From the NCBI GenBank assembly GCA_002633005.1, contig NMRA01000087.1, positions 248,001 through 312,000 on the forward strand: a stretch of 64,000 nucleotides of DNA, read 5' to 3'. Positions 50,399 through 61,945 of the stretch are shown in pieces (within the stretch, counting starts at the first letter, position 1; each line of letters begins with the position of its first letter). The stretch is from Phoronis australis (Eukaryota > Animalia > Phoronida). Position numbers and translations under genes: made by a program. The notes beneath the pieces were generated by a model that worked only from the letters and a program-made list of their open reading frames with translations, was not told where the DNA came from and did no database searches.

Positions 50399-53300
50399 GT
50401 TAGTCGCTATCTGGGCAATAAAAGAAAAAGATGTCAAAATTGTAATATGCACGGCAGATTTCTTAAACATTCATCTGCTAATTTAAGGCTATGGGCTTAC
50501 TTTATGTATGGATGAAGCATGTTTAATGTCTGTTTGCATAACTCATTAACTTAAATGTGTTGTCGGAGTTAGAATTCGACCATTCGCGAATTGCTTACTC
50601 CGGTAACGAGTACCTATATACTAAACAATTCTTCAAACCGTCATCATTTTATTTATCGCAAGTACACAACGACCAAAAAGGACGTGAACATGTCACAGAG
50701 AATCCATCAGTTTCCGTATGACCAAATATGGTATAACGAAACCCAATAAAGCGAGCATACGAAAATTGAAGTAGAAAGCCAATGTGACACTAGGCGACAG
50801 TCTGACAAGAATATTCTAGTGTTTTGTGACATGAAGACAGTGGTGAATCTACTTTTTGGGGAGGCCTGGAGTCGCTGATCAACCATGGTGGTCCCTGGTG
50901 ACAAGCAAAAACTCTGACGTTTGACGGTGTCGCCAACCATTCCACCCCCCGGTCGTCATCGATTCCCGACCCCATTCCGACCTCTGGTCGCCTCCATTCG
51001 GTCAGTGCTACTTATAACCATCCCTGAATGTTTTCATTAAAATAACTTCAAAATGCTGCGCGCTCCGGACTGTCCAGTTTGTTCCGCGCTCATGCAGCGG
51101 AAATAGTATAGTGAGTTGTCGCTTGTAGATACATGTTGCAAAATTCTGGCGCCGTTCAATCACTTTCAGAAGCAGCCATTTTGCCAGGCACGGTAATAAA
51201 ACAGGTGTGCTAAAACGCGAATTTTGCGAGATCTTTGCGCGCTCTCACCGAACAGGTAAGATGTTGGCATAACCGGAAACGATTTTGCCAAGTTTTGTTC
51301 CTATGTCTGCCAAGCATGCTCTCTTGAAAATAGGCCTTTAATGTATCGCACTCCATTGAGAATGACCACACTAGCACGTTCGCTGGTATTAGAATCAACT
51401 AAACTAGATTATCATCAACCACCCGTTCCAGGATAAATAATACGAAGCCTTGCAAAATCGTTCCGAATTGACACCAGTGTGGCTAATATGTACTTGGGCA
51501 TTTTCACATGCATACCTTAAATATCAGACTGTAATAGAACTGGATATTTCACAACCATGTCTAAATGTTCCATCCTGAAGATGACTGGAACTGCTATTGC
51601 GAAACGTCCAGAAATCTAATTAACTGGAAACGATTTGCCATGGGATTACAAAACTGACATTTAAAACACGTCTCGTTCCTATCAAGGCATTCTATACAAC
51701 ACAAGCAAAAGTCTTGTGAAATTATGGTCAACTGGAATGCAAAGGTCACGCGCAAATCACAAAATCATGTTTGACCGGGAACACTCGTATAAGCTGTGAA
51801 AATGCCTTAAAAACCAGTTCGTTGCAATACGAGTGCATTGACTGAATGTGGTAAACCAACGCTTTTAAAAGCGCCCAGTATTACATTATATTTATATACG
51901 GCACCGCTCCGTATTGTTTTCTGTATGCCTCAGCCACCGTAAACCACATTGTGGTGTCGGAATCGCTCTTCTTCACAGGCGTATTTGCCTTTGTAATGCC
52001 ATAGAGCCCTTATCCTTTGCTTAATTTGAAATGTGTTGCCATCAAACGCCAGAAATTTTCGTGACGGCGAAACCAACCCGCCGAGACAAGCCATGTACGA
52101 AGCAACAACTTTCTTTGAAGTATACAAATCATTTCTACTCTGGGTTGAGAATAACATGAGACCGATTTTACTACGGTAAATAGCCCAAAGCGAAATTTGG
52201 ATTTTTGACAGAAGGCGCAGGATTGTTGCCCCATTACTTATAAATTTTGTAGTCACTCGAGACCCTGTTTGGTTGTTTTAACAAAGTTTGTTAAATTCAA
52301 TTCAAATTTTTTGAGAAAAAATTGCTTTTCGATAACGGCTTGCTGTATGATGAGTCGTTCAGTTCAGCTCGTTTAGTCTAGCAATGTCAGTCTATAAAAG
52401 TTATCGGACATTTTGTCATATGGAGGCCACTGGTCGACAACCTTTTGCTGTTAAGCGAACTAATTGAATGTTGTTGCTGAAAATAGATCCCACGTGAGCA
52501 ACAGTCACTTACAGAGGCTCTTGAGAACCAATTTTATCCAGTGGAGTAAAAATGGTTCTCCAAATGCAGGAATAAGTACTGACAGCCAGTCTTGCACCAA
52601 GGATAGTGACAATTCGATTCCAAAATGGAGTGTAACATTTTGTTTTACTGCAACACGGTCATGTATCTGGTGAGACTCGGAGTGAGTGAAGTGCGCTTGC
52701 ACACGCGTACATTAACTGGAAGCCCTTGAAACGAATGTGAGCTTGCATTGCTATGAAGTCCAACGTGATAGTATAGAGGATTATCTTTATCACCTTACAA
52801 CATCTTTACCATCACTGTTACCAACACTTTACCAACCTTTAGACAATTTTATCATAACTGAGAACATGCTCAGACAACGATGATGAGGCGAAATGAATTA
52901 TTCCGACTCAATGGTATGTCATACCTTCGCATCAGAAATTACTATAAATAGCTCTCGCATTCTCAAGCTTGCCACCAAGATTGCAGTCCGACGAATACAG
53001 AATACACTACACTGTCTCCTGCTCAAACATAGGCCGATGTTACCTGATACCCTAGCGGACTCATCTTTAAACTTACTAATGTCAAGAAGCTGACTAACAC
53101 CTGCCAGTAACCAATAGCAGGTACGTCTGTGTAAACGAAAGGCGCTGGATCATACTGAAGAGAAGTGTGCATTACTTTCGACGCTTCGCTGTGGGGAAGT
53201 GGAATTTCCAGGGAAATCCACCCAGCAAGGTTAGCTAAGGACAAGTTGCAGATAAAATTAAGCTTTTTGAATTGCATTAACATCTGGTGCGCCGTGGGAA

Positions 53301-54034
53301 GAATGTCACAGAATGTGTCTGACTTATACGAATCCATCCACTCAAAGCTCTATTCGCAGTATATTGCTACGAAGACTGCTGGTTCTACCTAATCTACGCT
53401 GAAACCAGGGACTTCATTTTGTTGAGTGTTCGAAAAGTTCTTGCTTAACGAAATTTAAATCACTGTTTTCTCGAAAGCGTTGATTGGCAACAACACCAAT
53501 CACAATGACGGTGAAATCACTGTTTCACAGTAAGCCGGCAATGAGTCATTGTGTCTAGCAAGGAAAAATGCACGACAGAAACTGGAATGCCGTGGGAATT
53601 TAGGGCACCACAAAATGTATGCGTGGGCTGCTGGATTATCTTCCAAAAACGCCCTGTCTTCTCTTGCGAAATTGTTGAACGTGAACCATTCATGGTCGAT
53701 GACTGCTTTTGGGGATTGCGTACTTGCTTGGTTGATTCCAACAGAGGTTGAAAGTCACGAACCTTGCCTGTTCCATCGGTTGCGAGTAAAAAGTTATTGC
53801 CGTCAGTTAATGTTGTTTAGGCTATACGAAAAACAGCAGCTAGAAGCATGAATCGAGACAGACACCAATTAAAGATCGACTTCCTATAAATTCAAGCGCA
53901 GAAATTCCTGCTGTAGTGACCAACTTTATGTACTGGCGAAAGAATTTCCTGTGACTTCTGCAGCCTCAAAAACAAATATGTTAGTTAATCACCTACCCTC
54001 ACTCACTGCTTTGCTTCTTATATTTTAATTTCAG

Positions 54035-54080
54035 AGGCGGACCATCAAGATCTCCTCAGCAACAGAAACCCGCGCAACAG
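54035..54080 (+). CDS. PDZ protein B, exon 3 (46 nt linker)
   Basis: TTTTAATTTCAG acceptor, CAG|GTAAAT donor; phase 2 to 0; (R)GGPSRSPQQQKPAQQ, in frame with exon 2. Confidence 0.75.
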
Positions 54081-55598
54081 GTAAATACAACTCACCTTAT
54101 TACACATTGTATAATTACTGAGGCGCATTCACCAAAGGTAATTGCGCGCTATCAGTTTCGAACTTGACGGAAGTGTTGCCCTTTTTAGACATCCAAAAAC
54201 CGATGGGTGGCTATACCAAAGAATGTGGACTCGAGTCGACCAATCAAACGCACAACCCAAAATTCGAAGTCTGTGTAGAACTAAAACGGTTTACTGACGA
54301 TGAATATTTTTTGGTCGAGCCCCAATAGGGAAGGGGACCCTGGGTCCTTACCCCCTCCCCTAAAGTCGCCTATGTTGGATAGCTGATGTACGTTGTGTAG
54401 ACACGAGAACCTCGCGAAAATGCTAGTTCACGCAAGGCTTCGTGAGATTTCGCCATTATAGACAAAGCACGTGATCACGCTACTGCTTCCTTCGCGGTAT
54501 TCTTGTGTTAGAACTCAAACCTGCCTACCAGTATCTATGATAACCTTAACTTCTGGCTGCTTGAAACGGTGGCACGAAGTGATTTCTACACATCGCATAT
54601 TTACTTCTGGCGGTGACTGCTTGAGATTACCAATATCCCACAATGCTTTGTGTATACACCATCTATAAAAAGGTCGATTGAGCCCCCACGAGCGGCTAAG
54701 TACCATGTATTGCGACTCACAGTTTAGCACTCGGTATATCAGTTCAGTAATGTCTCAGTGACGGTCGTTTTGCTAGTAAGATCTATGATTACTCGTCAAC
54801 GCCGCAGAATACTAAGCTCACGAAACCCAAACTTCGTCTGGTCTCACTCAGCAGCTAGACCAGTATCATAACACTGCCATCTTCGCTGTCAAAGGAGTTA
54901 GACAGATGGTAAGGTTACTGGCCCGTTCGCTCCATGTACTGATGTCAATTGCAACGTGGCTCATACCAAATTTGGAAAGCAATCATCTGAAGGAAGCAAG
55001 TGAAATAGATGGACACCATCATTTTATTAATTAATGTTTCCTGCATGGGTTGTTGTTATAAAGTTGCTTTTCGCCCTGTCCAGCTGGCTCAAACGAGATT
55101 TGAAATTAGACCATTTTCTCTCATAAAAGCTGTCTCACAATATGAATTACCGTGAAAAGATTCTAGTTGCGGTCCCAACAAGAACATTGAAAACATCAGG
55201 GACCCCAGAAAACTGTTCAGGATTAATTTGGTTGTAGCCAACCGTAAAATAGTGGATTCGAAAATGGTGCATGTTTGCATTGCCTGTGCCTGACTTGAGT
55301 TACTGACTCAATCGACAATGATTTAAGATCGGATGACCATGGAAAGCGCCTCGATTAAAAATTCAACATTCACAGCTAAGCAGGAGCAAAAGGCACATTT
55401 AAGAGTCTATGTACCCTTTTCCTTAGGAGTAACGATGGGTCTTACTGGATTTATTAAATTATAACGATATGATAATTCCGAGTAATCCATACTTGTATTT
55501 TTTCATCCTTTCGTCCGTCATGTTTGCGAGGCAGGAACGAAACAAGGAATTCTTGGGATGTTACGCTCTTCATTTTTGCATTTTGTTTCCTTCTGCAG

Positions 55599-55829
55599 GC
55601 CGGGGTGTTCCCTAACATAGCGGATAGACGAAGATCTTTTGGCGACACTGGAGGTTATGGTCTACACTCGATGCACAGTAGAGTGGACAGCAGTCCCTTT
55701 ACTGTGCTGGCACCTGGCGTTTACGTCAAAAAAGAACCTACACGAAAGAACGAGATGCTCTCCTATGTCAAGGACACGCTGGAGTATAAAGTACATGGCC
55801 CAACTCAGTTCTGGGAACCGCCTGCAGCG
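55599..55829 (+). CDS. PDZ protein B, exon 4 (231 nt, phase 0-0)
   Basis: Strong pyrimidine tract TTTTGTTTCCTTCTGCAG; AGVFPNIADRRRSFGDTGGYG...KVHGPTQFWEPPAA; GCG|GTACAT donor (weak; an alternative AAA|GTACAT lies after 55790). Confidence 0.65.
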
Positions 55830-57411
55830 GTACATATTTTTGTCGATTTTCAGGCACCCGATGTTTGTGGAATTTTACGTCATGAACACGCATGGTGTTG
55901 CATTCAGCCACTCTGTGTTAGACTTAGTTCACCAAGTATCCACCATTCGCGCATTGCATTGCATTCGGTCCACTAATGCACTTTAAAAGGTCCTCGTTTT
56001 TGATTTCTACACGAATTAATATGTCTTGTCTTTTCACTAATCCCTTTCGCACGAAACCCGTTAAAACTGCAAAGGAATATCTTGTTTGTAACCTAAGTCT
56101 TACATTGGCTGTATTGCTTCGTCATGGCCGCTATTGTACGTCCCAACCAGCCAGTCACGTTGCCGGGAAGCAACCTACCACACCCTAAACGTCACGTGGT
56201 TCGTATCCTCGCAACGTTGAGAGCGGAACCAGCATGTGGGCCGTGTCGTGTAATTTTAAACCTATTGAGTTTTTCTAGGTGATCATCAACCCGTGTGATT
56301 CTTTCTTCGTTTTATTCTCTCTTCTAGCTTTTCACATTCTAACATCTGTTGCGCTTCCGACTGTTTACCTTATTCCATTTCAAGGCTGCCTGGATTCTCG
56401 TGTTTCTCATTTCTACCGCGTGATGAACTTCCCAGAGCTCTAACATTACATTTCCTTTGTGTGAGATTTGTGAAACATCTACTGAAAAGGAAGATTTGCT
56501 ATTTTACTGTTTTCAGTTTTAAAGCCATATTTTAACGATGAAACGTGTAAATTTGCTCCCTACAATATATTAAAAGCATCAGTCAGGCCACATTGAAGTA
56601 TGAACTGTCAAACCGTTAAGGTTTTTGCCTGACTTTCGTCCACGTCGCCGCGAGAACTCCCAGTTAGCCCAAACAACTGCCAACACCACCCGCACACATT
56701 GGACTATTCTATTCAGTATACTGTGGTACCCGCTGCATGTACATACTGCTTCCTGGGGTACCGGTGAATGTTCAAAACTACTGCTAATTTGTTTGCTGTT
56801 TTCTCGCGGCGACGCACTACAGCACGAAAAGGTTAGTTCACGTATCGTTGTTCGTGCCGACGACTGAATGTTTAAATCGTGTTTATTTTTGTGTCGCTGA
56901 GGTATTGGTAGCACTATATAGATAGTCCAATACATCTAGAATAACCAAAAATTCGTCCGAGGAAGGCTTAAAACAAGTTTCCTTTCATTGTCAAGCACCC
57001 CGAGACCTTTCAGTAATGCTTTGCTACGTCTTGCAGCAAATAATGGATCGTAAGGACAGCATAAAATTGAATGCGCGATGTTTATGACCCAAAGCCAATA
57101 TGATAATGGCGAAAGCTCTTATGAAAACCGTTTCACTCCTCAGCACTTGGACTCTTATCTTGCGGAAGCAAAGCCTTAATTCATATGTCTGTGCGAGTCT
57201 GCAGGGTCCAGTCAGTTGACTGGTAAGTCTTTCTTCCTTGAAAAGAGGGCTACCGACGTTACGTGGCAATCAAAGGACAATAACCTTGTCTTTCTCGGTG
57301 TGGCGACGTTATAGTTGATCTATTTCTACTAGACTACTTCATCATGTTGCAACTTCTGTATTCAAAAGCACAGAAATCAAAAGAATGTACCTCTTAGCTT
57401 ATTCGTTCCAG

Positions 57412-57554
57412 ACCTACCAGCCGGCTCCTGCACCAGCGCCCGCACCGAAACCCGCCCTTATCCAGAACGACATGGCAAGTCGTGGAAGTGGAAGAATCCC
57501 TGCAGTGTCGACCCAGGTGACGCGTCCGCCACAGTTTGGTGTCGACTACTCCAG
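57412..57554 (+). CDS. PDZ protein B, exon 5 (Pro/Ala-rich)
   Basis: TTATTCGTTCCAG acceptor; TYQPAPAPAPAPKPALIQNDMASRGSGRIPAVSTQVTRPPQFGVDYS(R); AG|GTACGT phase-2 donor. Confidence 0.8.
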
Positions 57555-59190
57555 GTACGTCCTAACGTTTGGCGTGAGGTTTGTGTGGATAGCCATAACT
57601 TACTGCGTGCACTGAAAGGATAGCAATGTTCAAGATGTATAATGTTGACATCTGGGACCCATTTCACTAAAAGTTCGACATTACTTTGCCTTGCTATTCG
57701 AAAGAATCTGCGCTCACAATTGTTGGCAGGTGAGCGATTAAACTTTGACATTCCCGCACCCAACATGTCGTCAGGTATCGAAAATTTGTTGCCGCCGTTA
57801 CGCAAATTCTCAAGTTACGAGGTCTTATGAAAAGAACACCTGTCGTGATATTTTTGCTATCAAGTTCGAAACACTGAGTTGATAATGACGTTGACTGAAG
57901 TTACCATTTGAAGACGTCTAAAATCCAAATTGCGTATTTGCATCTGTGTTTCTTTCAAACAACTGTGACATTTTTTAAATTTTACCATAAACAATAGTTG
58001 GGCATTTTTCTGAACCACCTGCTCTAAATTCATTTAAGAGAAACAAATTATCAAAAGTGATGTCAGCACTGATTCTTAAATAAATTTAACATCTTTCTAG
58101 TTTTTTATTTCCATTCTACACCGTCGAGTCACCATTCTCATGCAGAAAGACTATCAATGAACCTCTTCATGAGACTGGGTTTCAGATGAGTGTTATTTTG
58201 CCCCATTTATGTTCATTCCAAGACTGCGAAAATTGATACATGGATTGCCCAAGAACTAGTGACGTCAGTCGTGGGTAGAGTCGCTCCATATGAAGTTTTC
58301 CACATTCTCCATGTGCTTCCTTGTTCACTTCGCCGTTGTCTTTGTGAATACTCATTCACACACATCGGCTGTCTACGTAGCCTCAAAGTTTCTTTCGGAG
58401 ATGAACGTTATCTGCGAATGCGAAAACTTCAGTCATAGGGTCAAAGTCACGTGACTTGCCCTATGACGTCCCTTCGTAGATAAACGTTATTTGGGCATGT
58501 TAGAACTTCGGCCATAGGGCCAATCATTATCCAGTTTGAAGATCAGGTGACTGTCGCAAGTGAAGTGCGCACCCGATAACATTCACCTCCGAGAGGAAAT
58601 TTGAGGCCGACGAAAACACCCGAGGTGTTCCGGATATATTCTAGAGGTTGTAGGCCGATGCGCACTGCACGACGGAGTCGTGTGGAATTGATGAATACTT
58701 CATATCGAATGATTATAGTAGTGTATGGTGTGTATGTTTATTGTACTGCTGTATGCAAATACTCAGTTGAGTGTTGGATAAATCGCTGTTTTCTCGGTTG
58801 GTGACATATCATGGACTATGTGCCTGATCTTCAGTATTCATTGTCTGAACTGGAAACGTCGAAACTTCGACGGCTGGCTGAAAATCTTCAAGTTTCCCTC
58901 AAAGAGCCATCAAACCAAATACGCTAAACCTTGTCTATTTCCATCAGCCCAAAGTTAATTCACAAATACCAGTTTCTATCATTGTGATTAAACAGGGATG
59001 TGTGGCTTGTTTAAATTTAACATTTTGATCATTTTGTCATCAGCACGGGTCAAGAAGAGGCACCAAAAACGTTTGGCACCGATTACAATGCTAGGTAAAG
59101 TGGTCGCTGGCCTGTAGAGAAGTAGTTTTGTTGCCCTTGTTTGCGTATAAAAGTAATGGTGAATCGGAAAATTGGATGTCAAGTAGTCCA

Positions 59191-59362
59191 GGGGTCCGTT
59201 CCAAGAAACTGAGTTAATTTATTTTTTTACTTAATTCTAAGATTTGTCTCAACTTCCAAACTTTGGAACCATTTCCACATCCAGTAAGTTAGTCAAAATT
59301 AAGACAAAACTTAAGTCAAAAACTTAGGTCAAACTTAAGATCTATTTCTTGAAACGGACTTG
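59191..59362. mobile_element. Short MITE-like element (Harbinger/Tourist-like ends)
   Basis: GTCCGTTCCAAGAAA ... TTTCTTGAAACGGAC inverted ends; internal AACTTAAG subrepeats. Confidence 0.5.
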
Positions 59363-60164
59363 AGACAAATTCAAGTTTTATCTTAAAATCGACTGGAATT
59401 TGAGTGCTACGTAAGATGCTGTGATATTGTCAAATTCTAAATAGTTTTTAGCAATGTTTACAGTCTTACTAATTTGACTACATCGATATAAATATCATAC
59501 CAACGTCAGTCGTTTCAGATGAAGTTCCAAAACCATTTATTGCGCTTATTTTATATTAAGTTTCAATCTGTTCTTACAATTCCAAGAGTTCGAAATCCAA
59601 ATGCAATCAAGTGGGATTAACCGTTTCCCAAGACACTGTGCCTTGCTTCTTACCCGCTCTACAGTCGAACTCGATATCCTGTCTTTTCATCCAACCGGCT
59701 CACCAATGCTTCACATTTCATTTTGTGCGTTTTTGTCCTGCTTATTTATATACATATAGTCTCTCTACGGGAAAATTTTATGCAAGAAAACCCATGGAAA
59801 CAAAGAAATGTTTTAACTTGTTCCACAGAATGAAAAATACTACCTCGTAAATATTGCTGATTTGTTGAAAATTTCATGACAATCTTATAACACTCAGAAG
59901 AAACGCTTTTCTATGAAATTCTTCCATGAAGTTCTCCCTGTTCTACATTTAGTGTATAATTCTCTGTCTGTGTACTTTATGACAAATGAATTCACCGGAC
60001 CATCTGCACTACCAGCTAGTTCTAGGATTGAAGTGACGTGACTCTTCTGTGAGTTGGAGAACAGCGACATTAGGCGTTGTCCAGATGACGGAGATTTGCG
60101 TTGATATTAAGATGTGTTTATAGAAAGATAAGGTTCGCTTATGACCACTTATTCCTTGTCGCAG

Positions 60165-60227
60165 GAGAGCTAAACCGCGCCAGGTAGAACCGGCGCCCAG
60201 TTTTGGAACCGATTATCGACCTGTTAG
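60165..60227 (+). CDS. PDZ protein B, exon 6 (63 nt, phase 2-2)
   Basis: TTCCTTGTCGCAG acceptor; (R)RAKPRQVEPAPSFGTDYRPV(R); AG|GTAAAC donor; repeats the FGxDY motif of exon 5. Confidence 0.75.
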
Positions 60228-60610
60228 GTAAACCGAATGAGACGAGGTTGTTCTACCTTTTGTGTTTAGATGCATAATACCAACACATTACAACAACTTT
60301 GGTTTGCTTGCTTGCATGCTTATTAGATTATAGATACATTAGAGCCAGTAGGCCTCGTAGCTTATGTCATCATTTGCACGCTTGCGCAAGGAATAATTGC
60401 GGACGCCGCGTAGTAAATAGTCAAGAATTTCCCGCTTCAAGTACAGCCTATACCAAGCTTCTAACTACACGCGAGGCTCATTATCATTATTATTTACCAT
60501 TTACAAAAGGAACAAATAAAACGAGATTCGTAAAAACAATAGCAAACGAAACCCCATCACTATGTGATGAGGTGAGAAGACCGAATCCTACCTATGCTAA
60601 CTGTTTTTAG

Positions 60611-60717
60611 ATCGACTGCAAACAGTGATCGGCAGACGCCTCCCCGAGAACCAGATTATCATTATGCCCCAGTTGGGGAAATTAAGAAGAAATTTGGAGG
60701 CCCGCAACCTGAAAACG
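60611..60717 (+). CDS. PDZ protein B, exon 7
   Basis: Branch-point-like CTAAC then TGTTTTTAG acceptor; STANSDRQTPPREPDYHYAPVGEIKKKFGGPQPEN; G|GTGAGT phase-1 donor. Confidence 0.78.
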
Positions 60718-61080
60718 GTGAGTATCATCATCAGGTCACGGCTCTTGAGGCGCATCGAACTCGGCAACGTATAGCGTACAATGATAAAGATTACTGCCTT
60801 TAAAATTAGAATTTGAGAGTCAAACCTCAAGTCTGAACTTTTGACCTATACCACTGCCATACTACACAATTTTTTTACACAAAACTAGAGCAAAATACTG
60901 AGTAAATTTACAACATACACAGACCTCGCACGAACTTTATTCAATCACCATCATTACACAAGACACACGGTAAAATATATAACCCAGAATCCACACCTCT
61001 CCTTCGTTGAAAAACACAAAACGAAAACACTTTCGCCATGAGTGCTGTGCAGCATTAAGACTAGTGCTCTGTGCTTCCAG

Positions 61081-61249
61081 TCACCGTCAAGCGTACCGGG
61101 AAAAGATGGCAACCTCCTGATCCGTCGGCAACAGGAGGTGAGAGAGCGTTGATCTACGGCTGGTCAAGTAAGGTTAAACCTGAACAAGACTACGAAGCAG
61201 GACCCCCTCACGATAGATACTCCCACGGGGGTGTGCAACAACCTACTAG
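61081..61249 (+). CDS. PDZ protein B, exon 8
   Basis: CTCTGTGCTTCCAG acceptor compatible with phase 1; VTVKRTGKRWQPPDPSATGGERALIYGWSSKVKPEQDYEAGPPHDRYSHGGVQQPT(R); AG|GTACAC donor (internal alternative GT donors exist). Confidence 0.7.
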
Positions 61250-61914
61250 GTACACGGTTCAACTGAGTTTGTAATCTCGTGCTTAATATTGTAGCTCTTC
61301 GCCATCAGTTTTATGAAAAGGCAGTAAACACTCCTTATGCTTGCTACAGCACTTGTAAATATTGTTTTTGTCTACCCAAATCCGACTGCATTTGCTACAG
61401 TTTTTGCTGAGACGCAAGACTCCAAGTTCAGTAAAATATAACCACATCGTACTGCCACTTTTTCGCTGACGCCAGATACTTCTCATAAAACTGATGTTAT
61501 GCTGCTTTTTATACGCCGAATTCTTAATTTGTATTCTTGGGTAGGTAAAATGCTCTCTCTGTCGTTAAACAATTAATCACGTGGTTAAGCATATGGGAAA
61601 TGAATTTGAAAATCCTACCATCTCCATTTTCGTTTTGTAAGTATGTGCAATGCATACCTGCATCGTAGGAAAGTAACTACGACTAGAAATGATAGATAAC
61701 GCCAATGCAAACATTACCAATTGCCAGTGTGAATGTTTCAATAGCTAAGATAAATGTAGACATAAGAAACAGTTACCACTTGGTGTAGGTCGACGAAGTT
61801 AAAGACGCGTATCTGTACTGGCGCAATGACAGGTTAAGTTAATGATACAAGTCACAGAATTACATCTTTCGGCATTATTCAAAGTAATTCTTGGTCATTT
61901 TTTTTCCTTCGCAG

Positions 61915-61945
61915 GGTTATTCGAGCACAGCTGAACCAAAATTAA
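61915..61945 (+). CDS. PDZ protein B, putative terminal exon 9
   Basis: Strong acceptor TTTTTTTTCCTTCGCAG. In phase 2 it reads (R)VIRAQLNQN-stop; in phase 0 it would read GYSSTAEPKLTRDEYSYLRTNELFKMSLELKKF-stop. AATAAA occurs downstream near 63347 and 63664. Reading frame uncertain. Confidence 0.5.

Noticed and set aside
53023-53851. Cluster of overlapping ORFs including CGALNSHGIPV, faintly like the Harbinger GAIDGTHI motif
   Set aside because: Similarity is too weak, with no terminal repeats or further catalytic motifs found by eye.
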